NCBI RefSeq assembly: GCF_009914755.1
Contig: NC_060934.1
DNA length: 64,000 nt
Origin: the human T2T-CHM13v2.0 reference genome, Homo sapiens
Direction: 5' to 3' (one strand)
The notes under the pieces were generated by a model, which was given only the letters and a program-made list of their open reading frames with translations, was not told the origin of the DNA and did not search any database. The position numbers and the translations under genes were made by a program. Shown here in pieces: positions 1 to 17,566 of the stretch. Position 1 is the first letter of the stretch. Each line of letters starts with the position of its first letter.

Positions 1-186
1 TATATTTGGTCATAGAACCTTTTATAGTGACTGAAGATTTATAGTCATACTGATGTGATTCAAATTCTGATTCCTAGAATCCCCTGTGCCTTTCAGCCCC
101 TGTCTTTCCATTATTCTACCTCTTCCCAAACATTCTTTGGAATAAACTTTTCCTGGGCACTGGGAATATTAAAAGAAACAAGGAGA

Positions 187-945
<759 letters not shown>

Positions 946-1192
946 TTATCAATTATTACAATAGATGGCTTCTAATAATTTTATAATTAATACTAACTGT
1001 TAATATCAAACATTTCGCACACAAAAGTAAGACCTGCATAATGAGGGCTAAGAGTAGTACTAAATAAAGAGATACATAAAACTACTAGATATTTTAAATT
1101 CAAAGGTGAAAAACTCCTTGGAGCTATATTATTTTATTACATTGGTGACACACAGCAATTTCCAGGTTTGAGTGAATTTCTAAACTACAGAA

Positions 1193-1296
1193 ACTTACCT
1201 CCAGATAAGCACTGTTTAGAATTTTTTTTTTTTTTGGTAAACTCTCTACTTATCTCCAGGTAAGCACTGTTTAGATTTTTTTTTATAAACTCGCTA
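1193..1296. repeat. short tandem duplication (~50 bp unit)
   Basis: ACTTAYCTCCAGRTAAGCACTGTTTAGA(T)n..TAAACTC present twice. Confidence 0.85.
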
Positions 1297-1501
1297 AAGC
1301 ATTTTATTTGCAAACTAAAATGATATAGAAAAATTGTTGTCAATAATTGCTTCTATGGGATGTCAGCAAATTTAATTCATTTCTCCACACAGGCTTATAA
1401 ACCCAGCTTTTGTATGTGATATGTTAGATCTAGGAAGGTAGAAACAAATAAAATCACAAATAACTTTAAAGAACTTAAGAGGAAAAATTGTCTGTTTATG
1501 A

Positions 1502-1895
<394 letters not shown>

Positions 1896-3299
1896 TAATC
1901 GTCTCTTTTGCCTGCATCTGCTTTGAAAATATACACTTAAAGGTTTTATTTTATTCAGTGGAGGAAAGTGAGTTGCTCAGAGCATCAGGGGGAAATGTTA
2001 CAGAAGAAAGAAGTACCTAGAACTTCAGGCCAACTCATTCAGTACCTCCTTACCATTGGCCTTGGCATCACGAATACTGTTTAGAGGATAAGAAAAGAAT
2101 CATATAAAACACATATCTGTCATCTCTAAGCGTAATTTTCTGACGTAGGTGATTTTCCCAATGGTTCTAAGACAGACAATACATACCTTCATAATTGTAT
2201 CATTTAGAGGAATATACTATAATTCAAAAGCGTAAGGGACCTTAGGAGATGAGAAATAACTGACCCAGATTTTCAGCACAGAATTACCAATGACCTGGAC
2301 GGGTATTTCCTTTGAGTTTTGAGTACTATTTTCTTTTTTGGAAAGTGATGAGCAAATTCATCAACATTTGAAGTGAGGAGAAATAATATACACTGGAAGG
2401 AGTTCCTTATATACACTTAAAATATATTAAAATTGACCTTCCTGTAGAGTCTTCAGGATGAATTAAATACTTGGTCATGCCTTACTGGCAGAGAAAATGG
2501 TGGTTCAATATGGAGTGTTAATTGGGAACTGAAATCTGTTTAATGACCTTCTTTCCCCGTCACTATTCAGAGTGAAAGCCTCTCTTATATCTGCATTATT
2601 CTCGTGAGCAATTCAGTCAATGAGATACACTGTAAACCTACTCTTCTATGTACTTTTTCGGAGTTCTCCAAGCCATTTGGAGGCTGAGTGATCAATTTCA
2701 GAAAGCTTACATAGAAAATCTCCTTGGGTATTTTTCTTAAGTTTTGAATAATTTTCAAATGGAGACAGAAGATCAGAAGAAGCCTGACTTTTATTTTCCA
2801 CTAGTAAAGCTGACCACTAGATGATTCTTATCAAACTCAGTCTTGATATTTGATATTTTAGATCTTAAGCACTTTTGCTATCTCGGAAATGTTACGACAA
2901 TGGGCTTAGAAGCTGGCCATGCCCCTGTCAGTATCACTACTGTTATTTTACATCTATTTAAGCCTCACAACAAATGCGTTTCTGAAAGGGAAAAAGTTTT
3001 AACTTTTTGAGATACTGGATATCATGGCTTAAGATACTCTGATAATCCAGAATTCTGAAATATACCTTATTCTGAATTGATTAGTAATTATCACTAGTCC
3101 TTACTAGATGACATGTATATAAATCAAGTTTGCATTTAAGTAACATCCTACCCAATATCACAATTATTGTAACAACTGACTCATTATAAAATATGCACTA
3201 TTTTGCCCCATCCCCATGAACTTTTATTGTTTCAGAAGGTTCAATGTCTGCTAATTTTGGGGGAACACTATTTGGGGAAATCTCTTTGGTAATCTACAG

Positions 3300-3627
3300 C
3301 AGGGGTCCCCAATCCCTGGCCCATGGCCTATTGGGAAATGGGCCACACTGCCAGAGGTGAGTGGCAGACAAGAGAGCATTACCGCCTGAGCTTTGCCTCC
3401 TGTCAGATCAGCAGTGGCATGAGATTCTGATAGGAGCAGAGCGCTTATGTGAACTGCACACACGAGGGATCTAGGTTGCACACACTTTTTGGGAATCTAA
3501 TGCCTGATGATCTGAGGTGGAACAGTTTCATCCTGAAATCATTACCCTCCCCCAACCCGCCCCCATCCGTGGAGAAATTATCTTCTATGAAACCACTTCC
3601 TGGTGCAAAACAGGTTGGGGACTGCTG
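3300..3627 (+). mobile_element. MER1B (hAT-Charlie non-autonomous)
   Basis: TIRs CAGGGGTCCCCAA / TTGGGGACTGCTG; 8-bp TSD ATCTACAG/CTCTACAG; body matches recalled MER1B consensus. Confidence 0.9.
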
Positions 3628-4379
3628 CTCTACAGAGCCAGTTCGTAGTAAGAAATATTTTGAAGAAAATACTTCCTTTTAGGGAGATAAAAGAGAAGAG
3701 AAGGGACTCAACCAGTCTTACAACAAAAAAGAAACAACATTGTAAGTCATTAACACTTTAAAATGGATTAATTTCATGTGTTATTCAATGCATAAGGATT
3801 CATATACACAATTTGTCATTGATTGGAGAAACCTATCAAAATATGTATCTAGGACAGAGAAGAGAGCCAGGCATGGCAGGTTGACCTACTAGTTCTTATT
3901 AATTGAATGCATCTATGGTAGAATTTCAGATTCTGCATAACCTGGCTGGGAAACTGTTTTTTATAAACTTGCTTTGACTTTGCTCATCTTAAAACAATTA
4001 GCTTCCTAATTGTAGGACTGACTTACATATTTTTCTTATGACACCCAGACAACTTTTTCTTCTTCTAGATTCTAGCCTTTGACATTGGACTCTCGGAATT
4101 GGAGAAGACATAAGTAGATCAATAAGTTGGGGATCTTTCTGTTAAAAATAGGAAAACTCTATTCTAACCAACCTATTTAAATGTCTCCTGGACTGGATGC
4201 ATTGCTCCCCTGATACTAACAATCCTACTGACTCTACTTTTCCCTTTTCCATAGTATTTGCCACCTTTTAATATGATAGAACATATTATTATTAATGACA
4301 TATTATTATGTCTATATTATTTAGTGGATGCCGCCTTCCACTGGAATGCAAACTTAACAAGTGTGGTACCTAGAAATGA

Positions 4380-4500
4380 ACTACTCTCATCTGTAAGATA
4401 GGTACAATAATCATGACCAAATGAGCTTATATTTGTAAAGCCTCTGAAAAATGTCTGCCCATAATAAGTGCCATTGAAGAAACTGCTGCAATAACGTAAG
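4380..4500 (+). mobile_element. MIR fragment
   Basis: CTCATCTGTAAGATAGG..ATTTGTAAAGCCT..ATAATAAGTGC resembles MIR core/3' part. Confidence 0.55.
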
Positions 4501-4539
4501 TAAATAAATAGCTCTTTACAAAGAGACATTCTTCTTTAG

Positions 4540-4728
4540 GGAAAACTAAAATGAGAGAATGGGTGTCCAAGAGGACAAGTTCATGCTCACCCGGTGATGA
4601 GAGTTTGATTGCAGAATAAGGCTAGACAAAGGGAAGCTGAACATGACCAAAGCCATGTGACATCGTATGATCCTCGAATCTCACAGTATCTATGTATCTA
4701 TAATCAGATACATCCCTAGACTTTCCAG
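4540..4728 (+). other. candidate non-coding spliced exon (189 bp)
   Basis: acceptor TTCTTCTTTAG|G, donor CAG|GTATGA, non-repetitive-looking, stops in all three frames. Confidence 0.35.
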
Positions 4729-4751
4729 GTATGAGAATCAATCGTTTATTC

Positions 4752-4820
4752 TTCTTTTTCATTAAGTTGTTTTGATTTGATGTCTTTCTTTTTCATTAAG
4801 GTGTTTTGATTTGATGTCTT
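4752..4820. repeat. 34-bp tandem duplication
   Basis: TTCTTTTTCATTAAGKTGTTTTGATTTGATGTCT x2. Confidence 0.9.
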
Positions 4821-4892
4821 GTCACCTGCAACTCCTAAAACCCTGAGTAATACATAAACCTACTGCTGCTATGCTGCTATCTGAAGTTTTAA

Positions 4893-5194
4893 TTTATTAT
4901 TATTATTATTATTATTGAGACAGGGTCTCTCTCTGTCACCCAGGCTGGAGTGCAGTGGCGGATCACGGCTCACTGCAACTGCTGCCTCTGGGTTCAAAGG
5001 ATTCTTATGCCTCAGCCTCCTGAGTAGCTGGGATTACAGGCGCCTCCCACCACTCCTGGCTAATTTTGTATTTTTAGTAGAGATGGGGTTTTGCCATGCT
5101 GGCCAGGCTGGTCTCGAACTCTTGACCTCAAACGAGCCACCTGCCTCAGACTCCCAAAGTGCTCGGATTACAGGTGTGAGCCACTACACCGGCC
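4893..5194 (-). mobile_element. Alu (AluS)
   Basis: antisense Alu with (TTA)n tail; TSD TGAARTTTTAATTT. Confidence 0.95.
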
Positions 5195-5374
5195 TGAAAT
5201 TTTAATTTTATATGCCATTTGTGGGCATGTATTTATTCTAATTTCTTTCTCCATCAAATATTTGTTGAATAAATGCTGTAAACCGGCTATATTGAGTAAG
5301 TTAGATATGAGCACTGCCAATATAGAGCTTATAGTCTAGTGAAGAAGAGACAGGCTAAATGATTCTGATAATTA

Positions 5375-5866
<492 letters not shown>

Positions 5867-6205
5867 TTAGTGAAGCCCTGAGATATAATCAATCTTGGTG
5901 TGTTCAAAGGTTTGAAAGAAGGCTGCATTAGTTTAAGCCTAAGTGAGCATTTTGGGGAGTTAGGCAATAGGAAGGTTGAATGAGGTAACAGAGAGAGATG
6001 CTCCGTAACAGGCCTTAGAATTTACCAAGGAGACAGGAGGTCAGTGGTGATGGGAAAGAGACAGAAGTGATGCTTTTGAGAGCACATGTGCTTCACCTTG
6101 GAAAGAACTGGAGAAATGAGCTTCTATTAAAACTGAACAAAGGGGAAGAATAATGTGGAAACAGAGAGGGGAGTCTGATAACGGAATGCCAACTGAGTGC
6201 TTTTA

Positions 6206-6508
<303 letters not shown>

Positions 6509-7145
6509 GTTTCTCAGTAAAATAGGGGACACATTTATCCACAGACCCCCAGTCCAGAGACCGTATTGGATATTTTGGATTGGAGACTTTAAACAATGCT
6601 TACATTTGTTAAGATCCTCTTGGGAGTGTTCTTGGTAATCAATGAGAAGTGTACCATGAGCTTGCTATGGTATGCCCCTGTTTAAAAGTGTGTGCCACTG
6701 AAGGCATCTTGCAAACATTAGCATTGATAGCATAAATAAGTAATACCCCAAATACTACAAGGCATTTTTTTTTCTTAAATAGTATATTCACAGTTACTTT
6801 GGAAACGATTTAGCTTTTTTGACTCAGATTGTTATAGCATGCATAGCAAATGAACCTAGCATGTAAATAGCATCCAATGTATTCATGACATGATACATTT
6901 CCAAAGATATACACAACAGTTCTAACAATGCTTTTGATTTAAGAAATGCTTGGAAACTTGCTTATATGACAATTGTGCCTATTTTGTGTGATTTCCCCAC
7001 TGAGTTACATCTGTATCTCTACCAGCAAACCACATCCAACCACCTCCATAATTGTTAAGTGCATGTGATATACACATACAGGCATCTGGATGTCTTCTTT
7101 GAATTTAATTATTTTACAAGAGGAAAATATTTTACAATTTCCCTA

Positions 7146-7399
<254 letters not shown>

Positions 7400-7549
7400 G
7401 ATTTCCATATTTTTTGAAACCATCTGAAACATTTCAGGAACTTTTCTTCTATAAGTATTGATCAGGCTTTCTTTCTCCCATACTAACCTGGAGAAGTCTG
7501 GTGGAAAACCCTTTCAAATTAGCCTGTTGAATTAGCAGTAGACAATCTT

Positions 7550-7550
7550 C

Positions 7551-7585
<35 letters not shown>

Positions 7586-7715
7586 TATATCAGGTATATA
7601 TATATATGTATACATATGTGTATATATATATGTGTGTATATACATATGTGTATACATATATGTGTGTGTGTGTATGTGTGTGTATATATATATACACACA
7701 CATACACGCACACAC
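7550..7715. repeat. compound (TA)n(CA)n(TG)n microsatellite
   Basis: direct reading. Confidence 0.95.
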
Positions 7716-8198
7716 CTGTGAAAGAGTTACCAGCACTGACTTGGATTGTAGGATGGGCACTAAGAGCCGAATCTGAAAGACAAAGTAAATGAGCCAACTA
7801 AAATTTTATAGGGCTGTTTTCTCCTTGGTAGACTGACCCCGCTCATCTCCTCCTAAATGCCAATTAATCCCTTGCTTTCGTTGCTCTATTTTCTAGAAAA
7901 TACTTGACATGGTGAAAATATTGTATAAAGATTAAATTGTTACCTCTCCTAGGAATTCTGGTACTTCACGAGGATGTGAGAAGACTCTGAACAAAATAAT
8001 ACACTGCTCGTGGTAGGTAACAGGTCTTCACAGCAGGATTTTAAACAGAAGACTCAGGAGGCAGGTAGTTTTCTTTTGTAAGCCCATTGCCTAGACACTG
8101 CACACCAGCCTGGCTCTGTTGAAGTAATAAGCAGAGGCAAACTACATCTGAAGATTCTGTATTTTTTTCCTCTCCTCTCTTCCCTCTCCTGCTCTCCC

Positions 8199-8561
8199 TG
8201 CTACGGTTTGACTGTGTCCCCACCCAAATCTCATCTTGAATTATAGCTCCCATAATTCGCATGTGTCATGGGAACCACCTGGTGGGAGGTAATTGAATCA
8301 TGGGGGCGGGTCTTTTTGTGCTGTTCACGTGATAGTGAATAAGTCTCACAAGATCTGATGGTTTTATAAAGGGGAGTTCCCCTACACACGCTCTCTTGCC
8401 TGCCTCCATTTAAGACGTGTCTTTGCTCCTCATTCGCCTTTTGCCATGATTGTGAGGCCTCCCCAGCCATGTGGAACTATGAGTCAATTAAACCTCCTTT
8501 CTTTATAAATTACCCAGCCTTGAGTATGTCTTTATTAGCCGTGTGAGAACAGACTAATACA
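8199..8561 (+). mobile_element. THE1 solo LTR (THE1C-like, ERVL-MaLR)
   Basis: TG..GGTTTGACTGTGTCCCCACCCAAATCTCATC start, GACTAATACA end, 5-bp TSD CTCCC/TTCCC. Confidence 0.92.
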
Positions 8562-8820
8562 TTCCCTCTTTCCTTATTTCTCTTTCTTCCTTTCTTATTT
8601 CTTTTTCCTTTTTGCCTCTCCTCCTCTTCCCATACCTTCCCATTCCTTCATTATTTATTTATTTCTCTTCTTCTTTTTCTTCCTCTTCCTCCTGTTCTTC
8701 TTCTTCTTCTCCTTCTTCTCCTTATTCTCCTTCTTCTCCTTCTTCTTCTTCTCCTTCTCCTTCTTCTTCTTTCTCCTTCTCCTTCTCCTTCTCCTTCTCC
8801 TTCTTCCTCTTCTTCTTATT
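8562..8820. repeat. polypyrimidine (CTT/CTCCTT)n tract
   Basis: ~260 bp almost purely C/T. Confidence 0.9.
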
Positions 8821-8856
8821 TTGTTGTTTAAGAGACAAAAAAAAGTCAGTGTCTCA

Positions 8857-9159
<303 letters not shown>

Positions 9160-9741
9160 GTCAGTGGCTGCAAACCAAGTAGAGTTGGCCAGTTTGGTCT
9201 TTATAACACAGGGAATGTTGATTACATAATGCATCTTATTGTAATAGAGTTATTTGAAAGCGTTTATCAAAATTCATTCAGATTTTTATTTTCCTGAATG
9301 CTTAGCACTTAGAATTGCTCTCAGCATAGTAAGTGATGAAAAATATTTTTCAAAGAATTTGAAGATATTTCTGTTGTTTTATAGAGTCAATACAAAATGA
9401 TGATTATTCTAGTTCATTGGGATTTATGATTTTTGTCCTATAGGTAATATTGCATTTTCATTTCCTTTATTGTTTAAATCTACAATTTATTGTTGAGTAT
9501 GTACTTTGTGTTAGCCCCTGTGTTCAGTGTTGGGGATACAAACTTTCTTTAAAAAGACAGTTTCTTTTTTGAAGGTACTCACTGTCTAGTGAATGGGACA
9601 GATGAGTGAGTATATATTAATATATGGTGGAGATATGAGGTAGGTACTGGACAAATTAGATCACAGAAAAAAGAAATTTGTTTCAGACCAGAAAAGACCG
9701 TGTAAGTAATTAAGTGCATAGCAGCCTAAGGAGATACCAAG

Positions 9742-10107
9742 TGCACCATAGTCAGTTCAAGCTGCTATAACAAATTGCCACAGACTGGGTGGATTAAACA
9801 GCTAAAATTTATTTCTTATAGCTCTTGAGACTAGGAGGCTAGGAAGTCCGAGATCAAGTTTCCAGCCAATTTGGTGCATGGTGAGAGCCCTTTTCCTGTT
9901 GGGCAGCGGGGTGCCTTGGTGGAAAGAGTAGAGTCTGGTCTAGTCATCCTTTTAAGGGCACCTACCTTATCATGGAGACTCCACCCTCCTGACTCATCTA
10001 AGCTTAATTACCCCCAAAGGCCACCTCCCTCCCCAAACACTATCACCTTGAGGATTAAGGCTTCTATATCTGAATTTCATGGGGACAAAAACATTCATTC
10101 TACAGCA
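9742..10107 (-). mobile_element. MaLR solo LTR (MLT1A/MST-like)
   Basis: GCTGCTATAACAAATTGCCACAGACTGGGTGG..GGAAGTCCGAGATCAAG..AACATTCATTCTACAGCA. Confidence 0.8.
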
Positions 10108-10229
10108 ATGTGCAAAATTTTAGAGGCAAGAAAGAATGGGATATTTGAAAATAGTTATAATAATAGTTATAATAATCTGGATTATATGGATTTCATGGAC
10201 AGGATACAAAAATGATGCTGGTACCATCA

Positions 10230-10830
10230 ACAGTTAATTAGATGATTTTATCATGGTATGTTCACACAGCAGAATACTATATAGTCACAGTTCTCAAATT
10301 CTAACCAGGCATAATAATCCCATGAACAGCTTGATAAAACACAGATTGCTGGGCCCCACTTCAAGAGATTCTGATTCAGCAGGTCTGGGGTGGGACCTAG
10401 GCATTTGCATTTCTAACAAGATCTTATATAATGCTGCAGCAGGCCCAGAGACCATGCTTTGGGTAGCATACCCAAAATAGTAATCCATAGTAATGTGCAT
10501 GAATGAACGACAATATGGATGCATCTCAGAAATGTGATGTTGAGTCAGAGAGCAGCCAGGCACTAAAGAGCACAGTTGGTATCATTCTACTTATATAAAG
10601 TTCAAAAGTAGACAAAGTTAATCTATGCCATTAAAAGTCAAGATAATGATTATCTTTGGGATGAGCAGGTGGTGAGACTGTATAAGGTACCAGAGAAACT
10701 ACTTGGCCTTTGGTAATGCTTTGTATCTTTATTTGAGTGCTAGCTACATGCCTGCATGCAGTTTTAAAATATTCGTAAATCTGTATTCATTTTTTGCAAT
10801 TTATTCATCGTGTGTAATATTTAACAAGAA
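10230..10830 (+). mobile_element. old L1M (L1ME-like) 3' region, interrupted by MER5A
   Basis: ATATGGATGCATCTCAGAAATGTGATGTTGAG..TTATATAAAGTTCAAAA typical of L1M 3' end. Confidence 0.65.
10286..10472 (+). mobile_element. MER5A (hAT-Charlie MITE)
   Basis: ACAGATTGCTGGGCCCCAC..TTCTGATTCAGCAGGTCTGGGGTGGG..ATTTGCATTTCTAACAAG. Confidence 0.88.
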
Positions 10831-11794
10831 ACAATGATGAAAGAGTAGGCAGAACCCAATACACAAGTTACTGGGCACTTGTCTCATTCTAGATGCCATT
10901 ACAGACATTGTCAGTGATCCAGTAATAAAAATGACATAGTTATCACCTTCAAATAAATCACAGTTTAATCGGAGAACACAACACTTTAATAAGAAAGATT
11001 ATGATTTATGACAAAAAATGGTATCAAGTGCTGCAGAGTTTCAAAGGAGAGAAATACAACTTCTGGTTTAGGAGATCAGCATAGATTATAATGAGGCAAT
11101 AGTAGTGGAAATGGATCTTGGAATGATGCGTAGATTTCACAATTGATTTGGCTGCATATTTAAAACCATTTTTTCTCTATCCAGGGTCTTTTAACCAAGT
11201 CCTCATGTTTCGTTCAAGTGGCATCTCTACAGGTCTTTTATTATATACTCAAGCTTCAACTGACTCTGCTAGTAGTCACTCTCAAGATGAATTTCATATA
11301 GCCTATGTTGCCAATAGTTTCAATGGGACTATTTCAAATATAACCTTCAAATTTGGTGAAAATCTACCACTTTTACATGATGCAATGGCTGAAACAATAC
11401 AAAAAAAATGGGCAAATAAAACCAAAGTGCATTTTACTAATATAGGCAATGAGCTGAGGTATATTCCTGCAGCCTATGTTCAAGGGCACAAAAATTTATT
11501 CCTTATTTTATTTTACAAAAATATGACCAGTTATATCGTTAAATACAGCTCAGCTGAGACTACATTGATAGAAAATGACAGAAGAAAAATGCTACAATAA
11601 TAAATTGTCAACAGTACAGATGGCCCAAATATGAATATAAAAACATTCAAATTAGGAAATCTCCATGAATAACTTAAAGTCCAAAAACTATATCTCATTG
11701 TCCTTTTAAATTAAAGTTCATGCAAATTTACAACAGTGCACAGTACAGTCCCAACCTACCTCATATTCTGCTCAAGCACAGGTGGGAACCTCAC

Positions 11795-13823
11795 TTAGAT
11801 ATGTGGATGTATTAGTTGCTGTAGCATTATACATCCGTGTAAGAAATGGATGAGAGTTCCACTGTTTCTGCATTCTTGCCAGTACTTGGTATTGTTAGCA
11901 TTTTTTATTGTAGCCATTCTAATAGCCATGTGATCATATCTTGTTTTGTTTTGATTCGTTAGCATTTTCCTAATGATTAGTGATGCTAAGCATCTTTTCA
12001 CGCACATGTCTGTTATATTGTCTTTGATGAAATACCTATTCATTTTCAATTTTTAACTGAGCTGCATGATTTTATTAGTGATTTTAAGAGTTTTAAAATC
12101 TATGCTAGTTTAAGTACTTTGTCAGATATGTATTTTATAAGTAATTTTTTCCCAATTTGGGGCTTTTGTCTCCATTTTCTTAAAATTATCTTTCACAGAA
12201 CAAAAATTTTAAATTTGGATGAAGTTCAATGTGTTAATTAATTTTATTATATGAATTTAAGAAAGCTTTGTCTAAGCCAGGCCCATATAGATTTACACAA
12301 AGATGTTCCTAGAAGTTTTTGTAGTTTTAAGATTTCCATTTAACACTATAACAGTTCTTGAATTAATCTTTGGATAAGGTAAAATATGAATAAATATTCT
12401 ATTTTTGCATATGTATTTCTAATTGTTCTAGCACCATTTTTTGTAAGACTATTTTTCTTCACTGAATTTCTTTGACATTTTAGTCAAAAGCCAATTGGTC
12501 ATACATATGGGTCTAATTTTAGAATTTCCACTCTGATTCATTGATTTATATCTCTACTGCTTAGTCAATACCACATGTATCATAAATTTTAGGCAGTATT
12601 AATTATATCACCACTATTATAAATGTAAAACCATTGGCTATATCTCAATATCAAACATGATTACTGATTACTTCAGTCTAGAAATCAGTGTGAGTGCTGA
12701 ATTTTGTTCTTTTTCAAAATTGCGTTTGTCTATCCTATTAGCTTTATATAATTTACAGTCTATTTCTACTAAAGATTTTATCTCTACAAAATTCATTGTC
12801 TATTTCTGCCAAAAGTTCTGCTGTGGTTTTGAAGAGAATTTTGTTGAACCTATTTCAAAGCTCCGTTGAAGTTTAAGGAAACTTAGTATCTGAAAATTAT
12901 TGAGTCTTATATGAAAATATGTGTGTGTGTGTGTGTGTGTCTGCATGCACAAGCATGTGTGTATGTATAAACTACCCACATATGTGTCATATTTATTCAT
13001 TGGTTTTATAGTTATAAAGAGATCAATTGGTTTTATAGTTATAAAGAGATCAATTGGTTTTATACTTATAAAGAGATCAATTAATCAGTCTTGTACAGGG
13101 TTGCTTAGATTAATTTCTAAATATTTTATATTTTATATTATTACAATTGGTACTATTTTTAACTATTTCAATTTGATTGTTCATTTCCAGTGTACAGAAA
13201 TATAACTGATTATGTTCTGTTGTTCTTATGTCCTGTGGCTTTGCTAAAGTCACTTATCAAGTATAGTAGCTTTTTGTAGATTCCTTGATATGTTCTATGT
13301 ATACAATAATGACACCCAAGAATAGAAAAAGTTTATTTCTTAGTTTTCAGTCTATACATTTTCTATTTCTTTTTCTTGCCTTGTATCATTGGCTGGGAAC
13401 CCACAACATGATCTTGAATAGAAGTAGTGAGAATGAACATCTTGCTTTTTCTGAACCTCAGGGAGTATGACATTAATTGTAGGTTTTTTGCAGATGCCTT
13501 TTATTAGGTAAAGGGAGTTAATTTCGATGCCTAGTTTGCTGAGAATTTCTATACATGTTCTGTTGTTAACATTTAATTGTTAATATGCTAAATTTTGTCA
13601 AATTATTTTTCTGTATCTATTGAGACAATGTAACAGATTTTTCTTATTAGTCTGTTGGTATGATGATGCATATTAATTGACTGCAGTGTTAAACCAGTCT
13701 TGCATTCCCGGGATAAATCTCACTCAATAATTATGGATATTGCTTGATATGATGTGCCAATATTTTCTTGACGATTTTGGCTCTAAGATCATGAAGGATA
13801 CTGTTCTATAGTTCTATTTTCTT
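11795..13823 (-). mobile_element. old L1M ORF2 3' region (host of L1PA insertion; continues about 15857-16260)
   Basis: degenerate ORF2 peptide 11795..12049; L1 antisense T-rich sequence resumes after the L1PA TSD. Confidence 0.8.
12999..13082. repeat. 27-bp tandem triplication
   Basis: ATTGGTTTTATASTTATAAAGAGATCA x3. Confidence 0.92.
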
Positions 13824-15969
<2,146 letters not shown>

Positions 15970-16384
15970 TGATATTGTTTTCCTTACATGATTGATACTA
16001 TTAAATCATTGAAGCCATTTAGGCCTAGATCCTCTTTATTAGATTTCGTTTTGTTGCTTGTTTGTCTTTTAGAAGTTTGATTGTGATCTATTTAGACAGA
16101 TTTCTTTGGGTTTACCCTGTTTGGATTTATTTTAGCTTCTTGAAAGCGTCTATAAGTTTATATCTCAAGACCACTTTGAGAAATTTTCAGCCATTATTTC
16201 TTCATATGTATTTTAGTTCCATACTCTTTTTTTCTCTCCTTTCTAAGGTAAGTCCTTTAACATGATTAAGATAATTTGTTATTTGTATAAAACGATGATA
16301 TCATAGCAATCTGCATTTTTATTACAATTTTCACATGTTCTGATCATACATTAGACATATTTGTTCTTACTACATTCTGTGCTT

Positions 16385-16700
16385 TTTTTCCCCTCACAGC
16401 TTTATTGAGATATAATTTATGTACCATAAACATCACCCACTTAAAGAGTACAACTTAATGGTTTTCAGTATATTCACAGATACACACAACCATCACCATG
16501 GTCAGTTGTACAGCACTTTCATCACCCTGAAAAGAAACTCTGTACCTTGCAGCAAGCATGTCCTACCACCTAGTTTTCCCACCCTCTGCCCTAAGCAACT
16601 ACTAATCTACTTTCTGGTTCTACAGATTCCCTGTTCTGGACATTTCATATGAACGGAATCACATGATTCTTTTGCGATTGACTCCTTTGACTTAACACAT
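16385..16700 (-). mobile_element. L1MB/MC-like 3' end
   Basis: TTTATTGAGATATAATT..CTTTCATCACCCTGAAAAGAAAC..TTCTGGACATTTCATATG. Confidence 0.75.
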
Positions 16701-17206
16701 TACTTGAAACAAAGATGTTAGCTACCACCAGTGTACTTTATGTAAAGTAACAGGAATAAAAGGAAGAAAGACAAAAAAACAGCTAAGACTTAGCCTCTGC
16801 ATTTTCTACTCTGTAGCTGTTTCAGAGACTAACCAATATAGACAGTACCATTTCAAGTTAGATCTTTTGGATTGAAAATTTAGATCATATTGATAGCTAA
16901 ATAACCCCAAGTATTCAATATGCTACCAGAAGACAAAAGTGTTACAGAATATTATAACCTGGTAAAATTTCTACATAAAAATCAAAATATTAAATGATAT
17001 CAGAGGGAAAAGCTGACCTATAATGTAATTGTTACTGCGACCTCAACTGATCCTTTTTGGAGCTCTGGAAAGAAAGTTAGCAAGTAGCTCATTTGTTAGC
17101 CAAGCAAGAAAAGTGGTTGACCTGTGGTAATTCAATTAAACCCTGTTTGATTGAAGCAGATGAAGAAATGTGTCGACATTTTGAAACAAACAAACAGAGA
17201 AGACTA

Positions 17207-17396
17207 CAGATACTCCTTGACTTGCAATGAAGTTATTCCCCAATAAACTTACTGCAAATTGATAATATCTTATGATGAGTTTATCAGGACATAACCCCTT
17301 GTAAGTCCATGAGCATAATAAAAGCATACCACTTTTACACCATCATAAAGTAAGAAAAAATTGTAAGTTGAACTATCCTAAGCCAGGGACCATCTG
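17207..17396 (+). mobile_element. Tigger4a-like (MER46/Zombi) MITE
   Basis: CAGATACTCCTTGACTT ... GGGACCATCTG with TA TSDs. Confidence 0.8.
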
Positions 17397-17407
17397 TACT
17401 AGCCTTA

Positions 17408-17566
17408 GTAGATTTTAAATGTTCTTATCACAAAAAAATACTAAGTATGTGAGCTAATGCATATGTTAATCTGCTATATTTAGCCATTCCACAATGTATA
17501 CATATATCAAACCATCATGTTGTACACCATAAATATATACAACTTTTATTTGCCAATTCAAAAAAC
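17408..17566 (+). mobile_element. L1MA-type 3' end
   Basis: GTAGATTTTAAATGTTCT..ATCATGTTGTACACCATAAATATATAC plus A tail. Confidence 0.8.

Noticed and set aside
11148-11600. 150-aa ORF in unassigned sequence
   Set aside because: TTG start, no recognisable domain; region may be an old unrecognised repeat. A Dfam/BLAST search would be needed.
17207-17320. Internal fold-back in the Tigger4a-like element
   Set aside because: As I recall, this palindrome is part of the family consensus, so not locus-specific.
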